In this document: in pieces, positions 48,545-57,220 of the stretch
Layout of the letters: every line of letters begins with the position of its first letter
How positions within the stretch are numbered: the stretch's first letter is position 1
Assembly: GCA_963715625.1 (NCBI GenBank)
Contig: OY970260.1
Location: 2,439,520-2,503,519 of the forward strand
Reading direction: 5' to 3'
From: an uncultured Solirubrobacterales bacterium
GTDB taxonomy: Bacteria > Actinomycetota > Thermoleophilia > Solirubrobacterales > 70-9
DNA: 64,000 nucleotides
Translations under genes and position numbers: made by a program
Notes under the pieces: model-generated
The model's database searches: none
The model's input: only the letters and a program-made list of their open reading frames with translations
Told to the model about the DNA's origin: nothing

Positions 48545-48618
48545 GGGGCGGTAGCTCAGCTGGTCAGAGCAGCGGACTCATAATCCGTCGGTCGAAGGTT
48601 CGAGTCCTTCCCGCCCCA
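48545..48618 (+). tRNA. tRNA with CAT anticodon (elongator Met or Ile2; not initiator type)
   Basis: Manual cloverleaf: GGGGCGG/CCGCCCC acceptor with 1:72 G-C, GCTC-AGCTGGTCA-GAGC, GCGGA-CTCATAA-TCCGT, GAAGG-TTCGAGT-CCTTC. Confidence 0.92.
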
Positions 48619-48626
48619 CTAGAGCG

Positions 48627-49043
48627 TTACGCGCTAAACGAGTCGAGCGCGTTGTTCGTCCAGCCGTCGACTTCGTTGACGAGTTTCACGGCAACCTCCC
48701 GGTCGAGGGGAACCGCGTCCAGCAGCTCGTCGTAGCGCAGGGGGACGGCGTACTCGGTAAGCCGAACCACGGCTGGCGTGTCGAAGGGGAAGTCGATACC
48801 TGCGCCTTCGATCAGGGCGATGAGGTGGCGAAGATCGTGCGTGTACTCGAAGTTCACTGCGTGACGAGCGAGGACTGCCTTGAGCCACTTCTCGATGGCC
48901 TGTTGGGCGTGAAAACCGAGAACGGTGTCTGCGATTTCGGTGTTGGCTGCGAACTCTCGCAGGGCAACCGCATCCTCCGCGGCCTTGCGAGCCAGGAGGG
49001 CCGCGAGCTCTCCCGGCTCAAGCTCCTGCGAGGACCCGGCCAT
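48627..49043 (-). CDS. HEPN-domain protein (second HEPN/MNT module)
   Basis: GFHAQQAIEKWLKAVL...YTHDLRHL helices typical of HEPN; overlaps the upstream MNT gene end. Confidence 0.7.
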   Translation of the reverse strand: MAGSSQELEPGELAALLARKAAEDAVALREFAANTEIADTVLGFHAQQAIEKWLKAVLARHAVNFEYTHDLRHLIALIEGAGIDFPFDTPAVVRLTEYAVPLRYDELLDAVPLDREVAVKLVNEVDGWTNNALDSFSA

Positions 49044-49350
49044 CTTTGAGCGCTTCGTGCATCAACGTGCCCTGGACAGAGCCCCATCGCCGAGCGTGCT
49101 CGGCGCTGACCACGATCAGGTCGATCGGAACGCCCATTGCTCCGAGGGCTTCCCGAAGTCGCACGAACTCGTCTGCGCGACTACTGAGCCCCGGCTCGAC
49201 TACGAGAAGATCGAGATCTGAGCCCGGCCGGGCATTGCCACGAGCATGGGAGCCGAACAGGATTACCTTTGCGTCGGGGGCCGCCTCGGCAAGGCGTCGG
49301 CCCGCCTCGGCAATCAAGTGCTCGCTGGTCATTGCGCCAAGGTAGCTCAT
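49018..49350 (-). CDS. nucleotidyltransferase (MNT-type antitoxin-like)
   Basis: ILFGSHARGNARPGSDLDLLVV minimal NTase motif; start ATG 49350 or 49332; the N-terminal extension of the 151-aa ORF lies in repeat DNA. Confidence 0.75.
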   Translation of the reverse strand: MSYLGAMTSEHLIAEAGRRLAEAAPDAKVILFGSHARGNARPGSDLDLLVVEPGLSSRADEFVRLREALGAMGVPIDLIVVSAEHARRWGSVQGTLMHEALKDGRVLAGA

Positions 49351-49399
49351 GGCCGTGACGGCTCGGCCCGTTGATCGCGCTAACCGCCTCATTCCGCGC

Positions 49400-49552
49400 T
49401 GAAACTTGGTCCCGAAATTGGTCCCCGACTCCACCGAACTCAGCCGAACTCCCTGGACGCAGTTCGCTGTCACAGGCCAGATTCGGCTCTATAGACGGGT
49501 TCCGGCGCGACTCATAATCCGTCGGTCGAAGGTTCGAGTCCTTCCCGCCCCA
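49400..49552 (+). repeat. island-end repeat plus att core copy 2 (tRNA 3' half)
   Basis: 49509..49552 is 44/44 identical to tRNA positions 48575..48618; the preceding ~105 bp is about 90% identical to 50493..50602. Confidence 0.88.
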
Positions 49553-49714
49553 TCAAGAAACGGCTCTGGAATGCGAAGTGTCGAGATCGCGAAGGAGATT
49601 TGGTCCCGAAATTGGTCCCGAACTCCCCCGGACCGCTCCGGACCGTGCCCTACCGCTTCGCGCCGGGGGGGGGCATGACAAGGCGGCACCCGGTTAGGCA
49701 GAGTGCCGGGCCAG

Positions 49715-50353
49715 ATGCAGCGCGCGAACGTCTACATCGACGGCTTCAATCTCTTCTACGGGGCGCTCAAAGGCCGGGCGCCACTCAAGTGGCTTGACCT
49801 CGCGGCCTTCGGTCGCGCCCTGCTGCTCCCCGATCAGGAACTGCATCGGCTCCGCTACTTCACAGCCCGGGTAGGTGGGCGAGCGGTCGATCCTCACCTC
49901 CCACAGCGCCAGGACACCTACCTGCGCGCCGTGGCGACACTGCCGGAGGTTTCGGTTCACGAAGGCTACTTCCAGACCAAACCGGCCCGGTTGCCTCTGG
50001 CGTCCTCGCCGACCGACGCGCCGGAGATCGTCGAGGTCCTGCGAACGGAGGAGAAGGGCTCCGACGTGAACCTTGCTACTCACCTGCTGCTCGACGCCTT
50101 CCGCCAGGACGCCGAGGTCGCCGTCGTCGTCTCCGACGACTACGACCTCAAGGAGCCGTTGCGGGTCGTCGTCAGCGCACTCGGTCGGACGCTCGGCGTC
50201 GCAAGCCCACGGTGCAGCCCGCGACTCGGCCGCGCCGTGGAGGCGAGCTTCTACCGGCCCCTTCACGAGGCGACACTGCGCGAATGCCAGCTCCCGGCGA
50301 CGGTGGAGACGGACGGCGGTGCGATCAGCCGACCCGCCAGCTGGTCGCCCTAG
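49715..50353 (+). CDS. NYN-domain (LabA/DUF88-like) protein
   Basis: ANVYIDGFNLFYG N-terminus and EEKGSDVNLATHLLLDA...VVVSDDYDL, typical NYN/PIN-like acidic motifs. Confidence 0.7.
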   Translation: MQRANVYIDGFNLFYGALKGRAPLKWLDLAAFGRALLLPDQELHRLRYFTARVGGRAVDPHLPQRQDTYLRAVATLPEVSVHEGYFQTKPARLPLASSPTDAPEIVEVLRTEEKGSDVNLATHLLLDAFRQDAEVAVVVSDDYDLKEPLRVVVSALGRTLGVASPRCSPRLGRAVEASFYRPLHEATLRECQLPATVETDGGAISRPASWSP

Positions 50354-50362
50354 AAAAAGTGA

Positions 50363-50380
50363 GGCCGCCTTGCGGCGGCC
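50363..50380 (+). terminator. short GC hairpin after the NYN gene
   Basis: GGCCGCC TTGC GGCGGCC 10 nt after the stop; no U-tract. Confidence 0.3.
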
Positions 50381-50492
50381 CCCCTCCGGCTCCCGAAGCA
50401 ACCGGAGTACGTGCTTGCAGGGTAGCAGGGCGTCCGGCCCCCGGCGCCGGAAGAGGCTGAAAAAGCAGCCGTCCAAGCTTGTCCGATGGCCT

Positions 50493-50646
50493 CGAAAACT
50501 TGGTTCCGAAATTGGTCCCCGACTCCACCGAGCTCAGCCGAACTCCTTGGACGCGATTCGCTCTATTGGGCCAAATTCGGCTCTATAGACGGGTTCCGGC
50601 GCGACTCATAATCCGTGGAGCGCAGGTTCGAGTCCTGCCCGCCCCA
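50493..50646 (+). repeat. island-end repeat plus att core copy 3 (diverged tRNA 3' half)
   Basis: 50603..50646 matches the tRNA 3' half at 39/44; T stem GCAGG/CCTGC versus GAAGG/CCTTC is a compensatory pair. Confidence 0.85.
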
Positions 50647-50657
50647 TAGTCGAGCGG

Positions 50658-50976
50658 TCAACCAGTTGCGTGCGCGGGCTCGCGAATCGTCCGCCGGGCG
50701 ATGCGCGCTCCGGACGCCGGCTCGAAACGGCCGTAGAGAACCTCCGGATTGTTGACGGCTCGCTCCCAGTTGGCCTCGAGTTCGTCACGATGCTGCTCGA
50801 CCCATTCTCGCACGAGCCGTAGCGCCCGGCTGGAAAGAGATCCTGCGAGAACTGCCCCCGTCGCGATCTCGATCTTGGCCGAATTCGCCGCTGTAGCGGG
50901 CATGAAGATGTGGCGGTGGATGATCGCCGAAGTACATCTCGATCACGATTCCGAAGAAGCTGTTGATGCGGGGCCT
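50658..50976 (-). pseudogene. DUF4160-family gene remnant (start lost, 1-nt frameshift)
   Basis: RPRINSFFGIVIEMYFGDHPPPHLHARYSGEF in one frame, AKIEIATGAVLAGSLSSRALRLVREWVEQHRDELEANWE in another; AGG where ATG is expected. Confidence 0.55.
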
Positions 50977-51142
50977 TCGCCTCGTGCTGCTTCGCCTGCG
51001 CCACGCGCTCGCCCACCTGGTCGCCGGTCAGGGTGGAGAGCGGCGGGTCGATCGCGTCGCCGTCGAGATTGGCCTAAGACCGAGACCGAGACCGCCCTGG
51101 CGGCGCACCGTGAGCGCGCCTTGAGGCGCGATCTCCGGGGAG

Positions 51143-52330
51143 CTACGGCCGGTTGCGGCCGTAGCGGTCGTGTGCTTTGACCCATTCCGAGGCCATGATC
51201 GCCCAGCCCAGCGACAGCTCGCCGCAGAGCACCGTTGCCGCGACGATCTCGGCGAGCTTGCGGACCTTCCCGCTGCCGTAGCAGCCGAGCAGCTCCAGGC
51301 ATTCGCGCTGGGTGGCGAGCCCGGTGCCGCCGCCGTAGGTGGCGACGATCAGCGAGGGAAGCGTGATCGAGGCGTAGTAGTCGCCGTTTGGGAGCAGCTC
51401 GCTGAAGCCGAGGGCCGCCGAGGACTCGGCGACGTTGGCCGCGTCCTGGCCGGTGGCGATGAACAGGGCGGCGGTTCCGTTGGCCGACTGGAGGCCGTTG
51501 TTGTTGACCCCGGACATAAAGCCGCCGAGGTTCGCCACGTGCCGTATCCGCAGCAGCTTCTCGCCGCTCGTGTGCATCTGCTCCGCGATCAGGGCGGCTG
51601 GAATCGTCGCCTCCGCGACGACGCGCTTGCCCCGCGTGCGCAGCACGTTGATCTGGGAACTCTTCTTGTCGGTGGCGAAGTTCGACTCTAGATAGAAGTC
51701 GGTTATGCCCTCGTAGTTGGAGGTGATCCAGGCGCACGCCGCCGCGGTCGCCTTGCTCGAGAGGTTCTGACCCGCGGCGTCGCCGGTCGTGTAGTCAAAG
51801 CGCGTGAATAGGATCCGGCTGGCGGAATACTGCTCGATGCCGCGCAGCCGGCCGCTGCTGGTGGTGGCCTCGGCCGCTTGCCTGATCTCCTCGAAGTGCT
51901 CGGTTAGCCATTCCCCGAACGCTCGTGCCTCGCGGGCGCTCTCGAACACGAAGGCGGGGGCGCGCTGCATGGCGTCGTCGAGGATCGTGGTCTTCACGCC
52001 GCCGGCCTCGCGCAGCGTCTTCATCCCGCGGTTGTAGCTGGCCACCAGCGTGCCCTCGCTGGTGGCCAAGGGAACGTAGAACTCACCCTGCGCGTACTCC
52101 CCGTCGACGAGTAGCGGGCCGGCGACGCCGATCGGCACCTGCGCCACCCCGGTGAAGTGCTCGATGTTGCCGGACAGAACCGACGGATCGAAGGAGTAGT
52201 GGGAGACGTGCTCCAGCCCGACGCCCGTCTGCTCGCGCAGAAAGGCGCGACGCGCCTCTGCGGCCTCGGGCGTGTAGTCGTTCTCGCGATCACGCGGGAT
52301 CTTCTTGCGTTTCGACCGGGTGGGCGTCAT
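51143..52330 (-). CDS. hmgA: class I-type HMG-CoA reductase (catalytic domain only)
   Basis: ATG 52330 with AGGAG 8 nt upstream; motifs EGTLVAS, TGDAAGQN, ATDKK, YGGGTG. Confidence 0.87.
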   Translation of the reverse strand: MTPTRSKRKKIPRDRENDYTPEAAEARRAFLREQTGVGLEHVSHYSFDPSVLSGNIEHFTGVAQVPIGVAGPLLVDGEYAQGEFYVPLATSEGTLVASYNRGMKTLREAGGVKTTILDDAMQRAPAFVFESAREARAFGEWLTEHFEEIRQAAEATTSSGRLRGIEQYSASRILFTRFDYTTGDAAGQNLSSKATAAACAWITSNYEGITDFYLESNFATDKKSSQINVLRTRGKRVVAEATIPAALIAEQMHTSGEKLLRIRHVANLGGFMSGVNNNGLQSANGTAALFIATGQDAANVAESSAALGFSELLPNGDYYASITLPSLIVATYGGGTGLATQRECLELLGCYGSGKVRKLAEIVAATVLCGELSLGWAIMASEWVKAHDRYGRNRP

Positions 52331-52555
52331 CTGGTCTGCTCCTGCCGGAACCACGATGCTCATGCATGAATCTACAAGCTCGCCTTCTGCCCGGTACAGG
52401 CTCGTTTTGGCTGGCTGTCCAGCACGCAAATGATCCGTAGCTTTTCCGGATGCGGGCTGTCGCGATGCAGGCAAGGATTTGAGCTGCAACTCTTGCCAAG
52501 CGCCCCGATGGGGCGACGAACGGCTAACCCGACGGGGAAGCGGAAGGAAGTGCAA

Positions 52556-52831
52556 ATGGGACTCGCAGACAAATCGGTGGAGCTGTCCGAAGAAGTGTTG
52601 GAGGAGATCAAAGACGGACAGGAGGCGGCAATCGGCGCGGTTCGCAGCTTCGTCGGCAGCGTCAACAAGACCCTCGCTGGATCGGCGAGCCCCTCGCAGG
52701 TCGAGGAAATCGTCAACTCGGCCCTGAAGATGGCCGACAAGCTGGTCGAAACCCAGTACGACTTCCTGAAGAAAGTCGTGCACAGCGCCGGCGAGTCGGT
52801 TGCGGCCGGCGAGGAGGCAAAGTCGGAATGA
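52556..52831 (+). CDS. small helical protein (phasin-like?), 91 aa
   Basis: ATG 52556 after GGAAGGAAG; helical, no domain recognised; overlaps the start of the next small ORF. Confidence 0.5.
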   Translation: MGLADKSVELSEEVLEEIKDGQEAAIGAVRSFVGSVNKTLAGSASPSQVEEIVNSALKMADKLVETQYDFLKKVVHSAGESVAAGEEAKSE

Positions 52832-53142
52832 CCGCGCCCAAAGCGGAAGTCGCCAAAGCCGCAGACAAGGAGACCAAGGAGCTCTCCGAGCAGTGGCTCG
52901 AGCTGATCAGGACCGGCCAGGGGGCGTTGGCCGAGACGCTGTCGGAGTTCGTCGAGACCGTGCGGAGGGTGGTGCCGAGCGCCGGCGTCGCCAAGCAGCG
53001 GGAGATCATCAACTCCGGCCTGGAGATGGCGCAGGCGATCGCCCGGGCTCAGCACAACGCCGTGCGGAGCATCGCGCGCAGCGTCGTGGTGGTCAACGTG
53101 GAGGTCGATACGGACGTCAACGTAGACGTAGACGTGGCCTGA
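52828..53142 (+). CDS. small helical protein, 104 aa, with V/D-alternating C-terminal tail
   Basis: Translationally coupled to the previous ORF; tail VVVVNVEVDTDVNVDVDVA. Confidence 0.5.
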   Translation: MTAPKAEVAKAADKETKELSEQWLELIRTGQGALAETLSEFVETVRRVVPSAGVAKQREIINSGLEMAQAIARAQHNAVRSIARSVVVVNVEVDTDVNVDVDVA

Positions 53143-53317
53143 CCGCGAGGCGAAACGCAGCGCGTCGCCTAGATCCGCTTGCGGAGGATCTCGCCGGAGG
53201 CGAGATCGAGGGAGAACATGTGGGTTTGGTTCGCGTGGAGGTCGAGGCCACGCGCGGCATAGTGTCGGTCATGGTCGGCACCTCCCAAAGTTGGGGTTGA
53301 ACTGAACCGCCCATAGA

Positions 53318-54655
53318 GTGTCATCTGTGGTCTCGCTAGAGGCAATCCCGATCCCGCCGATCCCGCGCCCTCCTCTGGTGCCCGACCCGTTGCGGCGCAT
53401 TCGGGCGCCCCGCGACCTCGGGGCGGTCAGCGCGCGCGCTGACGAGGTGGCCGATGTCGAGGCGCTGGGCATGGCGGCCACCGGCATCGAGCGGATCTGG
53501 GCCGGAGTGGAGCGCCTGTACCGCAGTGGCTTCTATCCGGCGATCGCTCTCTGCGTGCGTCGCCACGGTCAGGTCGTGCTCGACCGCGCGATTGGTCATG
53601 CGTGCGGCAACGGGCCGTCCGACCGACAGGACGCGGCGCGCACGCTGGCCACGCCCGAGACGCCGTTCGTCATCTTCTCCGCATCCAAGGCGATGACGGC
53701 CGTCGTGGCCCACCTGCTCGACGAGCGCGGGCTGCTGCATGTAGACGACCGAGTGTGCGAGTACATCCCCGAGTACGCTGCCCACGGCAAGGAGGCCATC
53801 ACCATCGGGCAGGTGCTCTCCCACCGCGCGGGGGTGCCGAACCTGCCGGCCGACGCGTTCGATCTGGACCGCTTTGGAGACCGGGAGTTCCGGCTGGAGA
53901 CGTTGTGCGCGGCCAAACCCCGCTCGCGCCCTGGGAAGCTGCTCTCCTACCACGCGGTGTCGGGCGGCTTCATCATCGCTGAGATCGTGCAGCGGGTGAC
54001 CGGCAGGGACATTCGCACCGTGCTGGGGCAGGAGATCCTCGACCCGCTCGGTTTTCGCTGGGGAAACTACGGCGTCAGCCCGAAGGACGTCGAGCGTGTC
54101 GCCGTGAGCTACCCCACCGGCCCGCCGGCGCTGCCGCCGCTGTCCACCGTGCTCCAGCGTGCGCTGGGCCTCCCGCCGGATGAGATCACCGTCCGCTCCA
54201 ACGACCCGCGTTTCCTCACCGGCATCGTTCCGTCCGGCAATGTCGTCACAACCGCCAACGAGCTCTCGCGCTTCTTCGAGTTGCTGGGCGCCGGTGGCGA
54301 GCTCGACGGCGTGCGCATCCTCGAGCCGCGCACGATCCGCCGCGCCATATCCGAGCGGGCGTTTCGCGAGATCGACTTCTCCCTGGTGGCTCCCCTGCGC
54401 CACGCCAGTGGGTTCATGCTGGGCGCTAGGGCGGTCAGCCTGTTCGGTCCCGACACCGAGGAGGCATTCGGCCACCTCGGCTTCACCAACGTACTCGGCT
54501 GGGCCGACCCCGAGCGCGCGCTGTCGGTAGGCCTGATGACCAGCGGGAAGCCTATGCTTCACCCGGCTTTGGGGGACCTGTGGCTGCTCACGCGTGCGAT
54601 CGGCCAGGAGGCGCCCAAGGTGGCACGCACGGGAATCTGGTTCACGGAAACCTGA
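53318..54655 (+). CDS. serine hydrolase, beta-lactamase/esterase (class C-like) family
   Basis: S-x-x-K motif FSASKAM, downstream YHA(V) Tyr motif; start uncertain. Confidence 0.78.
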   Translation: MSSVVSLEAIPIPPIPRPPLVPDPLRRIRAPRDLGAVSARADEVADVEALGMAATGIERIWAGVERLYRSGFYPAIALCVRRHGQVVLDRAIGHACGNGPSDRQDAARTLATPETPFVIFSASKAMTAVVAHLLDERGLLHVDDRVCEYIPEYAAHGKEAITIGQVLSHRAGVPNLPADAFDLDRFGDREFRLETLCAAKPRSRPGKLLSYHAVSGGFIIAEIVQRVTGRDIRTVLGQEILDPLGFRWGNYGVSPKDVERVAVSYPTGPPALPPLSTVLQRALGLPPDEITVRSNDPRFLTGIVPSGNVVTTANELSRFFELLGAGGELDGVRILEPRTIRRAISERAFREIDFSLVAPLRHASGFMLGARAVSLFGPDTEEAFGHLGFTNVLGWADPERALSVGLMTSGKPMLHPALGDLWLLTRAIGQEAPKVARTGIWFTET

Positions 54656-55086
54656 GCTCGACCTCGGTTCGCCTGGCGGCACATTTGCTCGCAGTCGGAC
54701 ATGCGGACACCACGCAGACCCCAGCCTCGGTCCGTTCCTCGGGGAGTGAAATAGACGCGAATAGTTTCAATGATGGCCTCATTCAGATGGCCGATCCGCT
54801 CATAGCTCTCGGGAGTAACTACTCCTCTGGTCACCGGGAAGAAGAAGATGTTCTTGGCGCTCGCCTCCTTGAGTTCGGATCTCAAACGCCCCTCTTTTTC
54901 GAGCCGTTTGCAGAGCTTGTAGACCTTCTCGCGGTCTGCTCCGAGTTGGATGGCGAGCTCGCGCGTCGTCAAAGGCCCAATGGCTTCAAGGGTTTCAACA
55001 ATTTGTGTCTCCACACTCCGAGGGTAAGTGACTGGTCGGACAATCCTCCCGGGCGTCAGCTCAATTCCTATTCGCGGCAGCCGCAT
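54559..55086 (-). CDS. winged-helix DNA-binding protein (hypothetical)
   Basis: IVETLEAIGPLTTRELAIQLGADREKVYKLCKRLEKEGRL; lower GC; the 3' end overlaps the convergent hydrolase gene, so the true stop is uncertain. Confidence 0.4.
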   Translation of the reverse strand: MRLPRIGIELTPGRIVRPVTYPRSVETQIVETLEAIGPLTTRELAIQLGADREKVYKLCKRLEKEGRLRSELKEASAKNIFFFPVTRGVVTPESYERIGHLNEAIIETIRVYFTPRGTDRGWGLRGVRMSDCEQMCRQANRGRAQVSVNQIPVRATLGASWPIARVSSHRSPKAG

Positions 55087-55366
55087 CGGATTGCGCTTCA
55101 GCCCGGAAGCTATGCGGCTCGCCGTCGTTAGGAGCTGGCCTGGCCCGCGTTGGGCGACGATTCTTCTGCGATGCGGGCTAAAAGCGCAGCAAGCATGGAC
55201 CCTCAGGCGCGTGCAGCCGAAAAGCGGCGCTCGGCGCCTTGACGAACGCGCGATCTCCGGCGGCGGCAAGTCGGTTGCTCAGCTGAAGCGCGAGAACGAG
55301 GTTTTTGCCCCGCTGGCGACCGATGCCCGGATAGAGTTCGCTGCCTCCCGCTCCCTCGGCTGATCG

Positions 55367-55750
55367 ATGCCCGAGAAGCCTCCTCTCCGCCCCGAAGAGG
55401 TGCGGCGCATCCTGCGCGAGCTGGCACCGCTGTCGGAGGACCGACGGATCATCCTTGTCGGAGGGCAGGCTGTGGCCTTCTGGGCCGCCTTCTTCAAGCT
55501 GAAGCCGCGCTCAGCAGAGCAGGAGATCTTCACGAGCAAGGACATCGATTTCGAGGGCGCAGCGAGAACGGCGCGGAGGGCCGGCGAGCTTCTGGGCGGC
55601 GAGGTGCAAATTCCGACGATTGACGACCACACGCCAAACACCGGGATTGTCCTGTTTGAGGATTCCGAAGGGGAGACGCGGGAGATCGATTTTCTCGTGG
55701 CCCCCTACGGCTTGGACGGTCGGGATGTCCGCGACAGCGCGGTGCTTCTC
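55367..55750 (+). pseudogene. nucleotidyltransferase-like (AbiEii/DUF6036-like?) gene fragment
   Basis: RIILVGGQAVAFWA...TSKDIDFEG pattern; native-looking only for ~130 aa; the ORF then reads through unrelated DNA to 56224. Confidence 0.35.
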
Positions 55751-55751
55751 T

Positions 55752-55916
55752 GCCGCACGGATCAAGGCACGCGGCGGCCTCGCCTACGCGGACGCCTTTT
55801 GTGTCGCAACCGCGGAGCGCCTGCAGGCAGCGCTTTTTTGGACGGGCGATCCAGAGATCGTGGCCGTGTCCGGAAGCGTGAGCTGCGAGGTCGTGGATCT
55901 GCGCGGCGGAGGCTGA
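55752..55916 (+). pseudogene. C-terminal remnant of a PIN-domain (VapC-like) toxin gene
   Basis: ARGGLAYADAFCVATAERLQAALFWTGDPEI resembles a VapC C-terminus; no N-terminal part present. Confidence 0.45.
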
Positions 55917-56028
55917 CTCACATCGAAGGGCTCGGGTTACGTCGCCACCGCTGCAGCGAAGGCCGCGGGTGGCGCGTAGAGGCCCCGCCCGCGGCCTTGT
56001 TGCATCGAGAGGATCGAGTGCTTGGCGG

Positions 56029-57063
56029 CTACCTACCCACTGTGACGCTCACCTTCGAGCCTGACTTGAGGACCTTGCCGGGCTTTGGGGTTTGCTTGAG
56101 CACCTTGCCCGACTTTCCCTCGCTGCGCTTGACCTTGCCGAGCTTGCAGTCGGCTCGGCGCAGGGACTTCTTGGCGGTCTTCAGGGTCTTGCCCTTCAGC
56201 TTCGGGACCGTGCAGCCTTCGTAGTAGAAGCGGTCGGCCTTGACCGTGGGGCTGGTCCCGGCCAGCGTGGTCACTGTTACGTCGACCGCGCCGACCTTGG
56301 TGCTGCGGGGGGCGATCGCGGTGATCTGTGTGTCCGATTCCACGGTGAAGCCGGTGGCGGGGACCGCGCCGAACTTGACCGCGCTCGCGGCGTTGAAGTC
56401 GGTGCCCGTGATCTTCATCGTGGTTCCACCGGCGACCGGGCCGAAGTCGGGCTCGAGCGAGCTGACCGCGGGGGTCGGCTGGACTTCGGCGCTGAGCTCG
56501 ACCTCCTTGCCCGAGACGGTGCCGCTGGGCGCCACCGTCGCCCCGTCGAAGGGCGGCGGGAAGACGAAGCCGTAGCTCGCCCCGGCGACGTCGGCGACCC
56601 CGATCGTGTCGGTGCCGTTGCTCGGGTCGACCCCGATCAGGTCTCCGGCTCGGATCGGGAGGTTCGTGCTGAAGGTCTGCAGCCCGGTGCCGGACGGGGT
56701 GGCCGGGTTGCTCGTGCCCATCGCGCTGTAGGCGCCTGAGCCGTTGGGCCGGAGCACCCGCAGGAAGAACGGGCCCCCTTTGGCGCCCTGCACGCGCCAG
56801 CGCACGATCGCACCGTTCACCGGCGAGACCAGGTTGGCGCCTTTCTCGGGAAGGGCGGTGTTGAAGAGGGTCTGCACCTGCCCGAATTCCGTGGGCGTGG
56901 ACCCAAGCGGGAGGACGCTCCCGATGGTGATGGTGGATGCCTGCGCGCCCCCTGCGCCGACGAGGGCGACCGCGATCGCCGTTGCGAGCGCCGACGTGAG
57001 AAGCCGTTTGGCCAGCCTGGTTTGCGCAGCCGTGTTCGCACGGCCACGATGTGGTCGAAACAT
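56029..57063 (-). CDS. secreted protein with IPT/TIG-like and C-terminal PASTA-like domains
   Basis: ATG 57063 after AAGGAGG; signal peptide; GPVAGGTTMKITGTDF...VTV (IPT/TIG-like); CTVPKLKGKTLKTAKKSL...GKVLKQTPKPG (PASTA-like). Confidence 0.65.
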   Translation of the reverse strand: MFRPHRGRANTAAQTRLAKRLLTSALATAIAVALVGAGGAQASTITIGSVLPLGSTPTEFGQVQTLFNTALPEKGANLVSPVNGAIVRWRVQGAKGGPFFLRVLRPNGSGAYSAMGTSNPATPSGTGLQTFSTNLPIRAGDLIGVDPSNGTDTIGVADVAGASYGFVFPPPFDGATVAPSGTVSGKEVELSAEVQPTPAVSSLEPDFGPVAGGTTMKITGTDFNAASAVKFGAVPATGFTVESDTQITAIAPRSTKVGAVDVTVTTLAGTSPTVKADRFYYEGCTVPKLKGKTLKTAKKSLRRADCKLGKVKRSEGKSGKVLKQTPKPGKVLKSGSKVSVTVGR

Positions 57064-57220
57064 TCCCCATGCCTCCTTAGGTTGTGACACCCGGGCTCCC
57101 GGTGGAGCGTCCGGACGAGTTCGGATGCAGAAACCGCTACACCGATGAATGTTGCGGTGGGCGCCCGGCATATACTCGCGCCCGTCGTTCCAATCCACGT
57201 CGTTCCGAGGGGGAGAGCAA

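Noticed and set aside
49509-49552. tRNA fragments at 49509..49552 and 50603..50646 as functional tRNA genes
   Set aside because: Only the anticodon loop to 3' end is present. The upstream sequence cannot form an acceptor, D arm or anticodon-stem 5' strand.
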